Virus record (IMG/VR): IMGVR_UViG_3300042402_002564
Location: 182,503 to 246,502 of that record
Length of the DNA: 64,000 nucleotides
Reading direction: 5' to 3' (one strand)
A model generated the notes under the pieces. That model had not been told where the DNA came from. It searched no databases and worked only from the letters and a program-made list of their open reading frames with translations. This document shows positions 39,642 to 47,322 of this stretch, piece after piece (position 1 is the stretch's first letter; each line of letters begins with the position of its first letter). The position numbers were made by a program, and so were the translations under genes.

Positions 39642-40595
39642 ATGAGCGTTTTTAAACTTACCGAGGCATATAATGCCATTTATGACGAAGATTTGAGATC
39701 TGAAGTTGAAGATATGAATGAGGAGTTTGTTGGTGTAGAAGAACTCTCAGATGAAGAATTAGACTCTATTGTTGAAGAAGCAATTTATGATGTTTTAAAC
39801 GAAGGATTTGATATTGAAGAACTTGATGTAATTTTTGAAGAAGTTATTTTAGAAGCAAAAGTAACCATGGGTCGTGGTGGTGAAGCAGGTGGAAGTGATA
39901 AAGTAACTTCTGGATCTGGTAGCAGAATGGCTGCTGCATCTAGATTATCTGCATCTAAAGCAAAAAGAAGACAGGAAAGAATTGCTAAAGTAAAGGGTGC
40001 AATTAAAAAGGGTGTTGAAAAAGTAAAGTCTGCCCCTGGTGAAGCAAAGAAGGCAGCAGAGAAAAAGGTAAAGGATGTTAAGCAACAGTCTCACGTAGCT
40101 GCTGCTAAGTACGCAAATAAGCGTAATTTGGTTAAAGGGGCTGGTCTTAAGACTCAATCAAGTAAAGGTAGATCGGAACTTCGTTCTGCAGTTGCAAAAG
40201 ATATTAAATCAAGAGTTGGTGCTAAGATTAAAGCAGCCGCAGATAAAGTAAAGCAAAAAGCAGCATCTGCAGCAGTATCTGGTTATGCTGCCGCAAAGTC
40301 TGCTAAGCAAGCAGCATCTGATGTTAAGAACAAGGCAGTTCAATCTGCTAAGAACAAGGCAGCAGTTGCTAAGAGAGGTGCTAAGAGTGCTGTAGGTAAG
40401 GCAGCAAGGGCGGTTGCTAGCGGTGCTGGTAAGGTTGCTTCAAGACTTGGTGAAGAGACTGAGGTTGTCGATCTTTATGATGTTATTCTTGAGCATCTAA
40501 TTGAAAATGGATATGCAGAGACTCCAGAATCAGCAACAGTTATCATGGCAAATATGTCTGAAGAATGGAGACAAAATATTTTAGAAAGTATTTGA
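39642..40595 (+). CDS. K/A-rich putative internal head protein
   Basis: Late promoter 39611; acidic N-terminus, histone-H1-like basic core, ENGYAETPESA..IMANMSEEW C-domain. Confidence 0.65.
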   Translation: MSVFKLTEAYNAIYDEDLRSEVEDMNEEFVGVEELSDEELDSIVEEAIYDVLNEGFDIEELDVIFEEVILEAKVTMGRGGEAGGSDKVTSGSGSRMAAASRLSASKAKRRQERIAKVKGAIKKGVEKVKSAPGEAKKAAEKKVKDVKQQSHVAAAKYANKRNLVKGAGLKTQSSKGRSELRSAVAKDIKSRVGAKIKAAADKVKQKAASAAVSGYAAAKSAKQAASDVKNKAVQSAKNKAAVAKRGAKSAVGKAARAVASGAGKVASRLGEETEVVDLYDVILEHLIENGYAETPESATVIMANMSEEWRQNILESI

Positions 40596-40675
40596 TAAAT
40601 GTAATCAAATAACAACAAAGAGACCTTTTACAGGTCTCTTTTTTTATAACTATTGATAGATGTAAATAAAATTCG

Positions 40676-40831
40676 ATGGTCCATATAACTGATATTTACG
40701 AATTGAAGGCAAGATTAGATAAGTTAAAACATCAAATTGATAAAGAGTCTAGATATCCTGGGGAGAAGGAACTTGCCCATAAATATCTGAGCAAAGCTAT
40801 TGACTATGTGAATGAGTTACAGTTATACTAA
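40676..40831 (+). CDS. Small hypothetical protein (51 aa, MVHITDIYEL...)
   Basis: Clean ORF overlapping the next gene start. Confidence 0.5.
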   Translation: MVHITDIYELKARLDKLKHQIDKESRYPGEKELAHKYLSKAIDYVNELQLY

Positions 40832-41249
40832 TCCATGGGTCTATGATGGAAAAGTTTTTGAGTCTGATAATATACAAGATTATTTTGGTTTTGTTTATCA
40901 TATTCACTGCAATACAACTGGTAGGGACTATATTGGTAGAAAATATTTCTGGAGTTTCCGAACACCGAAGGGAAAATCTAGAAAAGTTAAATCAGAGTCT
41001 GACTGGAAAAACTATTATGGATCATGTCCAGAGCTAAAAGAAGATGTTCAAAAATTTGGCAAAGAAAATTTTACAAGAACTATTATTTCATTACATAAAA
41101 CAAAGGGCAAAACTAACTTTGAAGAAACAAGACAATTATTTACAAAAAACGTCCTTACAGAATCCCTTGACGACGGAACCCCGAGGTACTACAATAGCAA
41201 CATCCTCAACAGGTACTTCCGAAAAGATTATTATGGAAAAGACGACTGA
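40812..41249 (+). CDS. denA: GIY-YIG endonuclease (T4 endonuclease II-like)
   Basis: GFVY...YIGRK...W..YYGS...YYN.NI. Confidence 0.75.
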   Translation: MSYSYTNPWVYDGKVFESDNIQDYFGFVYHIHCNTTGRDYIGRKYFWSFRTPKGKSRKVKSESDWKNYYGSCPELKEDVQKFGKENFTRTIISLHKTKGKTNFEETRQLFTKNVLTESLDDGTPRYYNSNILNRYFRKDYYGKDD

Positions 41250-41448
41250 AGATATCGTCTCAGATATTCGTGAATGGTCAATTGACCGAATTCACTATCT
41301 GTGTCAAGATAGTACAGAACAAAAATTAAAACTTCAACAATATATGGATGCGGTATCTATATCAGAAGAATTTTCTGAATGGATTGACCTTGATGTGGAT
41401 TCTAATCAACAATTAGATATCATGTACCTGGAGTATAAGCAAATCTAA
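41233..41448 (+). CDS. Hypothetical protein
   Basis: 3' part of the 41044 ORF; ATG 41233 avoids a long overlap. Confidence 0.55.
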   Translation: MEKTTEDIVSDIREWSIDRIHYLCQDSTEQKLKLQQYMDAVSISEEFSEWIDLDVDSNQQLDIMYLEYKQI

Positions 41449-41618
41449 TTGTTAGAAATCTTGACAAAACATAAATATTAACTTATTATGTAAAAATCCC
41501 TGTTATGAGCAGGGTATTTTATTATGAGACTGTGACAATGATTTAGAGCCGTGGGCACTGCCCCTGAGAAGGGGAACTTCTCCTTTGCTTATACGGATGT
41601 AGAGTTCTATTAAATTTA

Positions 41619-41981
41619 ATGCTTTTAAAAACACTTTCAATTTTTGCTATTGCTGTTTCGGGATTAGCACCCCTTGAGGCAAAAGCAGCAAGTGGTTGTA
41701 CCCTTGCTTCACACTATGGAGTTGGCGATGGTTATCACGGACAAACTACTGCTAATGGTGAACGGTATAACGCTTATGGTAAATCAGTTGCACATAGATG
41801 GCTTCCATTCGGAACCAGATTACGAGTTACAAATCAACGAACTGGTAAGTCAGTAATTGTGCGTGTAAATGATCGTGGACCTTATGTTGGCGACAGAGAC
41901 CTAGACCTGTCGTATGGAGCATTCTCCACTATTGCCCATCCAGGGCAAGGTGTTGCCAGCGTATGTTATTCTAGAGTTTAA
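41619..41981 (+). CDS. rlpA: RlpA-like (DPBB) lytic transglycosylase
   Basis: Signal peptide, ASHYG, TANGE, AHRWLPFGT, VRVNDRGP, DLS. Confidence 0.9.
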   Translation: MLLKTLSIFAIAVSGLAPLEAKAASGCTLASHYGVGDGYHGQTTANGERYNAYGKSVAHRWLPFGTRLRVTNQRTGKSVIVRVNDRGPYVGDRDLDLSYGAFSTIAHPGQGVASVCYSRV

Positions 41982-42038
41982 AAAATTAATATTTTTATAA
42001 TAAATAGGAGAAAGTGTTAACCAACTTTCTCCTTTTTT

Positions 42039-42458
42039 ATGTTTAATTTTGGTAAAAAGAAACCAAATATAAAACAGTATGCAATAATAGGGATAGTTCT
42101 TTCTTCTATCGTTGCGGTATTATCTCAGTGTTCTGGAGTATCTGAAAATAGCGTTTGGGATTTATTTGATGAAATTCAAAGAAAATATTTTCCACAAACT
42201 ATTCTTAATGAATTTATTATTAAAGATGATGAAAAATTAAACAGAAGAATAAAAAGAGATGTTGATAATGCTATTCAAAAAGTTACTCCAGAATATGATA
42301 GAATTATTGAAGAAGCAGATAAGAAGTATCAACCAAAAAAATTAGAAAAACCAGTGGATGATTCTGTTTGTTATACCGACGAGTGTAAATCGCTTGGAGG
42401 AGAAATTAGAATTTGTTCTCCTTGGATAGATTCTTGTAAAGAAACTAATATAAATTAA
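42039..42458 (+). CDS. Hypothetical membrane-anchored protein
   Basis: N-terminal hydrophobic helix; Cys-rich C-terminus. Confidence 0.6.
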   Translation: MFNFGKKKPNIKQYAIIGIVLSSIVAVLSQCSGVSENSVWDLFDEIQRKYFPQTILNEFIIKDDEKLNRRIKRDVDNAIQKVTPEYDRIIEEADKKYQPKKLEKPVDDSVCYTDECKSLGGEIRICSPWIDSCKETNIN

Positions 42459-42477
42459 AAAAGATACTTTAGACAAT

Positions 42478-42660
42478 ATGGAAGACATTAAAAAACAATA
42501 TCCAAGTCCATCAGATTTAAATAATCTATATGGACATACCGATTTGGAAGGATTTTCCAAATATCTTGGTGTAAATTATGATACTCTTCTTGAAATAAAT
42601 AGAAAGAATGCTGAAGTTATTCGAAAATCGGCAAAGGGGTTGACAGAGCAAGACGTTTAG
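42478..42660 (+). CDS. Small hypothetical protein
   Basis: 60 aa ORF; overlaps the -35 of the tmRNA promoter. Confidence 0.45.
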   Translation: MEDIKKQYPSPSDLNNLYGHTDLEGFSKYLGVNYDTLLEINRKNAEVIRKSAKGLTEQDV

Positions 42661-42668
42661 GGTACTAT
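42640..42668 (+). promoter_or_regulatory. Sigma70-type promoter for tmRNA/tRNA-Arg
   Basis: TTGACA-17 nt-TACTAT. Confidence 0.7.
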
Positions 42669-42674
42669 ATAGAT

Positions 42675-42911
42675 TGTTCAGGAGGAGAGATCCACTGGCA
42701 TTTCGGACTGGGGTTCGACTCCCCACAACTCCATAAATCAAGGGGTTGACAAGGTTTCGACGGGGTGTTATGATCTTATCTGTTGATGGAACAAACAACA
42801 AACGCCAACAAAATCGTGGCATTCTCTCGTAGCAAAGTTGCTACCTTAGTTTGAGAGACGGGGTGACGACTACCTTGTAATCCAAAGTCGCGGGCAGTGG
42901 AATGCTGCCAC
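42675..42911 (+). ncRNA. ssrA: Circularly permuted (two-piece) tmRNA, cyanobacterial type
   Basis: T-arm plus acceptor 3' strand CAACTCC-A (to 42733), 8-nt spacer, GGGGTTG..TTCGAC 5' end (42742), G3:U70; tag ANKIVAFSRSKVATLV* at 42804-42854; outer ends approximate. Confidence 0.9.
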
Positions 42912-42915
42912 TTAT

Positions 42916-42989
42916 GCCTCAGTAGCTCAGTGGACTAGAGCATCCGCCTTCTAAGCGGTTGGCCGCAGGTTCGAATCCTGCCTGAGGCG
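42916..42989 (+). tRNA. tRNA-Arg(UCU)
   Basis: Cloverleaf, anticodon TCT. Confidence 0.92.
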
Positions 42990-43317
42990 TTGACTTTTAA
43001 AATAAAAAGTCTTATAAATAATAACACTTAGGTCGAAAACAATGTCTTATCCAATGCCCAAACAGTTTAGTAATCTCGATTGCCGTTATTGGCATATTGA
43101 GGGTACTCCCCTGTTTGTGGATATGGATAAACATATGTAGTATGTAATCCATAAAAACAAAAAGACAGGGGAGAGAAACCAAAAAGTTTCCTCCCCTTTT
43201 TTGTTGCCTGTGACAGGTTCCTAAGTGTCCACCAATCTCCCCTAAGAGACCAAACGGTGGTATTCTAATCAAGTGGTCGAGAGAGACCACGATTTGCACC
43301 TTGACAATTTAACCCTT

Positions 43318-43390
43318 GGGTCTGTAACTCAGTTGGTAGAGTAGCGGGCTTTTAACCTGTAAGTCGTCGGTTCGAGCCCGACCAGACCCA
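43318..43390 (+). tRNA. tRNA-Lys(UUU)
   Basis: Cloverleaf, anticodon TTT. Confidence 0.92.
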
Positions 43391-43428
43391 TTGACCGCCA
43401 CAGTTCGGTCGTTAAACATAAACTGTTC

Positions 43429-43519
43429 GGGAGAGTGGCTACTGTTGGCAATATGTGTGGCTGCGGTCTGTAAAACCGTTACATCGGAACCATCGGGGGT
43501 TCAATTCCCTCCTCTCCCA
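43429..43519 (+). tRNA. tRNA-Tyr(GUA), atypical long D-loop
   Basis: gcggt-CTGTAAA-accgt, long variable arm, T-arm. Confidence 0.8.
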
Positions 43520-43523
43520 CCTT

Positions 43524-43596
43524 GACCCTATAGTGAAGTGGTCTATCACGCTACCCTGTCACGGTGGTATCACGGGTTCGAATCCCGTTAGGGTCG
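43524..43596 (+). tRNA. tRNA-Asp(GUC)
   Basis: Cloverleaf, anticodon GTC, G73. Confidence 0.92.
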
Positions 43597-43775
43597 TTGG
43601 GAGTCAGTATTCTAACTCCCACGCATTCTTCAGAGGTTGCCAGTTTGCAGAAGAATGTTGTAGTAATAACTGGAATTGGGGAGGGATTTCTAACCACCAT
43701 CGGATGATGGCAGGATTCATAAGGCTACGAAGCGTAATCCGTAAGTAACTTCGTGTGGGATACCCCTCCCATCAA

Positions 43776-43851
43776 GGTCCCATCGTCTAATTGGTCAGGA
43801 CGCGACCCTTTCAAGGTTGAAACGCGGGTTCAAACCCCGCTGGGACTACCA
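43776..43851 (+). tRNA. tRNA-Glu(UUC)
   Basis: Cloverleaf, anticodon TTC, CCA encoded. Confidence 0.92.
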
Positions 43852-43852
43852 A

Positions 43853-43929
43853 CGGAATGTAGCTCAGTTTGGTAGAGCTCTGGTTTTGGGAACCAGTTGT
43901 CGCAGGTTCGAATCCTGTCATTCCGACCA
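43853..43929 (+). tRNA. tRNA-Pro(UGG)
   Basis: Cloverleaf, anticodon TGG, CCA encoded. Confidence 0.93.
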
Positions 43930-44002
43930 CGGGGAATAGCTCAGTTGGTAGAGCACATGCCTGAAGAGCATGGTGTCGGTGGTTCAATTCCACCTTCCTC
44001 GG
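43930..44002 (+). tRNA. tRNA-Phe(GAA)
   Basis: catgc-CTGAAGA-gcatg. Confidence 0.88.
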
Positions 44003-44139
44003 CTTGGGTTGCTGCCCGATATGAGAAACACTCCTGTATTTCTAGGATACGGTAGGGTGAAAACTCGGAATTACCTCTGCCCCGTCTCTTGGGGATGCGA
44101 ATTGAGGAAAGGTAAAGGGAAGAGACAGCAACCCATATT

Positions 44140-44212
44140 GGAAACATAGCTTAGTTGGTAAAGCATTCGACTGATAATCGAAAGACCACTGGTTCGAGTC
44201 CAGTTGTTTCCA
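44140..44212 (+). tRNA. tRNA-Ile(GAU)
   Basis: Cloverleaf, anticodon GAT. Confidence 0.93.
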
Positions 44213-44299
44213 TAGGACTCCAGCAAGGTGCTTGCTAGGATATAAAAGACTGACGCCTCCCTCTTCAGAAAGAGTACCCAGCAGGTCAGCGTCCATTTT

Positions 44300-44371
44300 G
44301 GCAGTGTAGTTCAGTGGTAGAACAAGAGATTCATACCCTCTATGTCGGTAGTTCAATTCTACCCACTGCCT
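44300..44371 (+). tRNA. tRNA-Met(CAU)
   Basis: Cloverleaf, anticodon CAT. Confidence 0.82.
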
Positions 44372-44372
44372 T

Positions 44373-44443
44373 GTGTCGTTAGCCTAGTGGTAAGGCAGTG
44401 GTTTGTGGAACCACCTAGATGGGTTCAATTCCCATACGACACC
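44373..44443 (+). tRNA. tRNA-His(GUG)
   Basis: Anticodon GTG, C73. Confidence 0.88.
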
Positions 44444-44445
44444 CC

Positions 44446-44524
44446 GTTCAGGTGGCAGAGTGGTCGAATGCGGAAGTCTGCAAAACTTCTATTACCGTGG
44501 GTTCGAATCCCACCCTGAACTCCA
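44446..44524 (+). tRNA. tRNA-Cys(GCA)
   Basis: Anticodon GCA, U73, CCA. Confidence 0.92.
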
Positions 44525-44528
44525 AAAA

Positions 44529-44599
44529 GTTGGATTGGTGTAACGGTAGCACGACGGTCTCCAAAACCGTTAGTGGGAGTTCAAATCTCTCATCCTTCG
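44529..44599 (+). tRNA. tRNA-Trp(CCA), two acceptor-stem mismatches
   Basis: acggt-CTCCAAA-accgt; acceptor GTTGGAT/ATCCTTC. Confidence 0.75.
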
Positions 44600-44604
44600 C
44601 CTAT

Positions 44605-44677
44605 GCCCTCGTAACTCAGTGGCTAGAGTATCCGCCTTCTAAGCGGTTAGTCGTAGGTTCGAATCCTACCGAGGGTG
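44605..44677 (+). tRNA. tRNA-Arg(UCU), second copy
   Basis: Cloverleaf, anticodon TCT. Confidence 0.92.
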
Positions 44678-44681
44678 CTTT

Positions 44682-44755
44682 GTCCTCTTAACTCAGTGGA
44701 CCAGAGTGCTTGGCTACGAACCAAGAAGTCGCAAGTTCAAATCTTGCAGAGGACG
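44682..44755 (+). tRNA. tRNA-Arg(ACG)
   Basis: cttgg-CTACGAA-ccaag. Confidence 0.92.
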
Positions 44756-44850
44756 CTTGACAAACTTACAAAAGTTTGTTACTATATAATAGTGATAGAG
44801 GTTGAGTCCCTGTTACATCCTTATGAGGTGTATCACACTCAATCCATCAA

Positions 44851-44925
44851 AGTGGGGAAGTGTAACGGTTGCACAGAAGTCTCATAAGCTTCAAGAAGGA
44901 GGTTCAATTCCTCCCCCCGCCACCA
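44851..44925 (+). tRNA. tRNA-Met(CAU), initiator-like
   Basis: Anticodon CAT, 1:72 mismatch, CCA encoded. Confidence 0.78.
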
Positions 44926-44928
44926 CAT

Positions 44929-45001
44929 TCCCTTATAGCTCAATTGGCAGAGCACGGAGCTGTTAACTCTGGGGTTCCTGGTTCGAGTCCAGGTGGGGGA
45001 G
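44929..45001 (+). tRNA. tRNA-Asn(GUU)
   Basis: Cloverleaf, anticodon GTT, G73. Confidence 0.92.
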
Positions 45002-45133
45002 TTTTAATCTAGGAATAAAATGATTAATATTTTTAAAAAAATCTATTTTAATATAAAAGCATATATTGAATTTAAAAAAGTATCTAAAAAATGTAGAGAA
45101 GAAGACCCATACATCTATAAATAAAACTAAAAA

Positions 45134-45904
45134 ATGACTAATAATATATTAGTTACATTTGGATGTAGTTGGACTTTTGGTGAAGGATCTGGATATGTTG
45201 ATGGAATGGATCAAAATGAATATGAAGAAATTCAACAGGATGAAAAAATATGTTATGATAATTCTTGGAGAAAAATCATAGTAGATCATTATAATCTTAG
45301 ACACATAAACTTTTCTGTTCCAGGAAGTAGCAATCAAAGACAGTTTAAAACTGCTAGGGAATATTTTGTAACAGAAGAATGGAAAAAATTAATTAGTGAA
45401 CGCAGAAATAATGTTGTTGTTTTGTGGGGAATTACCAGTACATATAGAAATTATTTTTGGTGTAAAGATACTAATAGATACCAAAACATTTTTTATTCTA
45501 AATCTAAATATGATAGATACCAAGACAAATTGGCAAAAGCAATGATGTCATGGTCCTATGTTAAAGAGGTTGAGGAAGAAGTTGTAAAAAATGAAATATT
45601 ATTTTTTAATCAATATTTTAAATTGGTTGGTGTAAAAAATATGTGGTTTGATACTTTTAATTCTTTAGATTATAAAGAAAAATTTGATAATTTTTTAGAT
45701 CAATATAAAGAACAGAGAGATCTTTTATCGATGCTTTGTTATGAACATGCTAGAAAATTAAATGGCAGATTAGTTTTGAATAATAATTTTAAATATGCTG
45801 AAGAAAATGGATTAATAAATTTAATTAGTTTTCATCCTAAAAAAGAACAATATAAAATTATTGGTGAATATTTTATTAGAAAATTGAAAAAATACTTCAA
45901 ATAA
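45134..45904 (+). CDS. SGNH-hydrolase-like hypothetical protein
   Basis: FGCSWTFG block I, GSSN, C-terminal HP. Confidence 0.6.
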   Translation: MTNNILVTFGCSWTFGEGSGYVDGMDQNEYEEIQQDEKICYDNSWRKIIVDHYNLRHINFSVPGSSNQRQFKTAREYFVTEEWKKLISERRNNVVVLWGITSTYRNYFWCKDTNRYQNIFYSKSKYDRYQDKLAKAMMSWSYVKEVEEEVVKNEILFFNQYFKLVGVKNMWFDTFNSLDYKEKFDNFLDQYKEQRDLLSMLCYEHARKLNGRLVLNNNFKYAEENGLINLISFHPKKEQYKIIGEYFIRKLKKYFK

Positions 45905-45954
45905 ATCAATAAATAGTTGACAAAATAATTTGTCTCTGTTAAAATAAAATCATC

Positions 45955-46026
45955 GGGCGATTAACTCAGCGGTAGAGTGGCCTCCTTACAAGTGGTAAGT
46001 CACTGGTTCGATTCCAGTATCGCCCA
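45955..46026 (+). tRNA. tRNA-Val(UAC)
   Basis: Anticodon TAC; TTGACA promoter upstream. Confidence 0.9.
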
Positions 46027-46173
46027 TATATAAAATGAAGCATATATAACTTATGAAAGATAAAAAATTCAAAAAATTAATTCAAAAACCTTTAAGATTT
46101 CATCATCAAGATATCCATGAAGAACTTGATAGTATTAAATTATCATTAGCAGATATTAGGAGATTAATGGAAA

Positions 46174-46431
46174 ATGTTAGTAGTGAGATGCAAAGATTGC
46201 AACAAAGAGTTGACAAGTCATCCATCTAAAACTCAGTGTTGTGGATGTTCTAATATGATGACTGTCTGTGCTGATAACATATCAGCCATTGATTTAACTA
46301 AAGTAATTATTATTAATTCAAATAATAAAAAACCTCATAAAAAAACAAGTTTATTTTCTCCAGAAGAACTTGAGTATCAAGAATCTAGAAGAAAAAGAAA
46401 AGTTCGCAAATTAGATTTTGAAATACGTTAA
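46174..46431 (+). CDS. Small Zn-ribbon-like conserved cyanophage protein
   Basis: CKDC...CCGCSN; RRKRKVRKLDFEIR. Confidence 0.65.
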   Translation: MLVVRCKDCNKELTSHPSKTQCCGCSNMMTVCADNISAIDLTKVIIINSNNKKPHKKTSLFSPEELEYQESRRKRKVRKLDFEIR

Positions 46432-46471
46432 ATCTTAACTAAATAAGAAAATAAAGTTTTCTTATTAACTT

Positions 46472-46558
46472 GGAAGGGCAATCCGATTGGCGACGGAACC
46501 TGTCTTGAAAACAGTTGAGGTGTTAAAGCCCTTGGGGGTTCGACTCCCCCTCCTTCCG
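46472..46558 (+). tRNA. tRNA-Ser(UGA)
   Basis: Anticodon TGA, long variable arm, G73. Confidence 0.9.
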
Positions 46559-46657
46559 TTTAACAATTTTTTAATTTGTGTTATAAAATGAACACAATAC
46601 ATTGACGTTTAAAAATTAAAAACTATTATATAGTAGTACAACTACTTATAAACCCCA

Positions 46658-46813
46658 ATGGATGATCATACTTACCAAAATTGGGTGAAGATTAAAGAAA
46701 CCTTTGAGTCTTCTGGTAATACAAATAACATGTTTTATCGTAGGGCCTGTGAAATAGTAAAAACTAAAAGAGACCCTTTAGCAAAGTTTTTTGGTGATAC
46801 TAATAATGGATAA
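46658..46813 (+). CDS. Small hypothetical protein (MDDHTYQNWVKIK...)
   Basis: Clean ORF after a TTGACG promoter; below track cutoff. Confidence 0.55.
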   Translation: MDDHTYQNWVKIKETFESSGNTNNMFYRRACEIVKTKRDPLAKFFGDTNNG

Positions 46814-47044
46814 AACAATTATATCTGCAATAATAATTTTTACATTAATTGGTTTATTCATCAGATGGGGACTTACAAACGCATATGCGTAAGTAAAGAT
46901 AATTTAAATGGAGAGAAAGATGATTTTTCATATTGTAGAGACTCTTGCAGCGAGTCCAGTTTGGTTGTTCTTTTGCGGTTTTGGCTTGACAGTTGTTCCT
47001 TTTATGGGTATAATGATTATACACCGAGATAAATAATCTTATTA

Positions 47045-47118
47045 CGGGGTGTAGCTCAGTTTGGTAGAGCACTGCTTTTGGGAAGCAGGGGCCGTAGGTT
47101 CGAATCCTATCACCCCGA
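47045..47118 (+). tRNA. tRNA-Pro(UGG), second copy
   Basis: Cloverleaf, anticodon TGG. Confidence 0.92.
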
Positions 47119-47322
47119 TTAGTAAAATCTTTGTAATTTTACTATTTAAATTTTAGTTAATGATTTTTTTAAATGGAATCACAACAGGAAATTTCTAAAA
47201 TTGAATCTATAGATTTTACTAATGAGTCAAGTAAAGATGCATCAGAGACAGATATCAAAGAGTTGATAGAGGTCTTGACAAACCACAACGATGCATGTTA
47301 ACTTTGATTTGTTGAAACACAC

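Noticed and set aside
44529-44599. tRNA-Trp as pseudogene or editing substrate
   Set aside because: Two U:U mismatches noted, but the other arms are intact; sequence alone cannot decide
42526-44887. ORFs overlapping the tmRNA/tRNA array
   Set aside because: By-products of GC-rich RNA genes
27594-46558. Suppressor tRNAs or genetic-code change (TAG and TGA anticodon DNA)
   Set aside because: These anticodons read CUA (Leu) and UCA (Ser); all three stops terminate core genes normally
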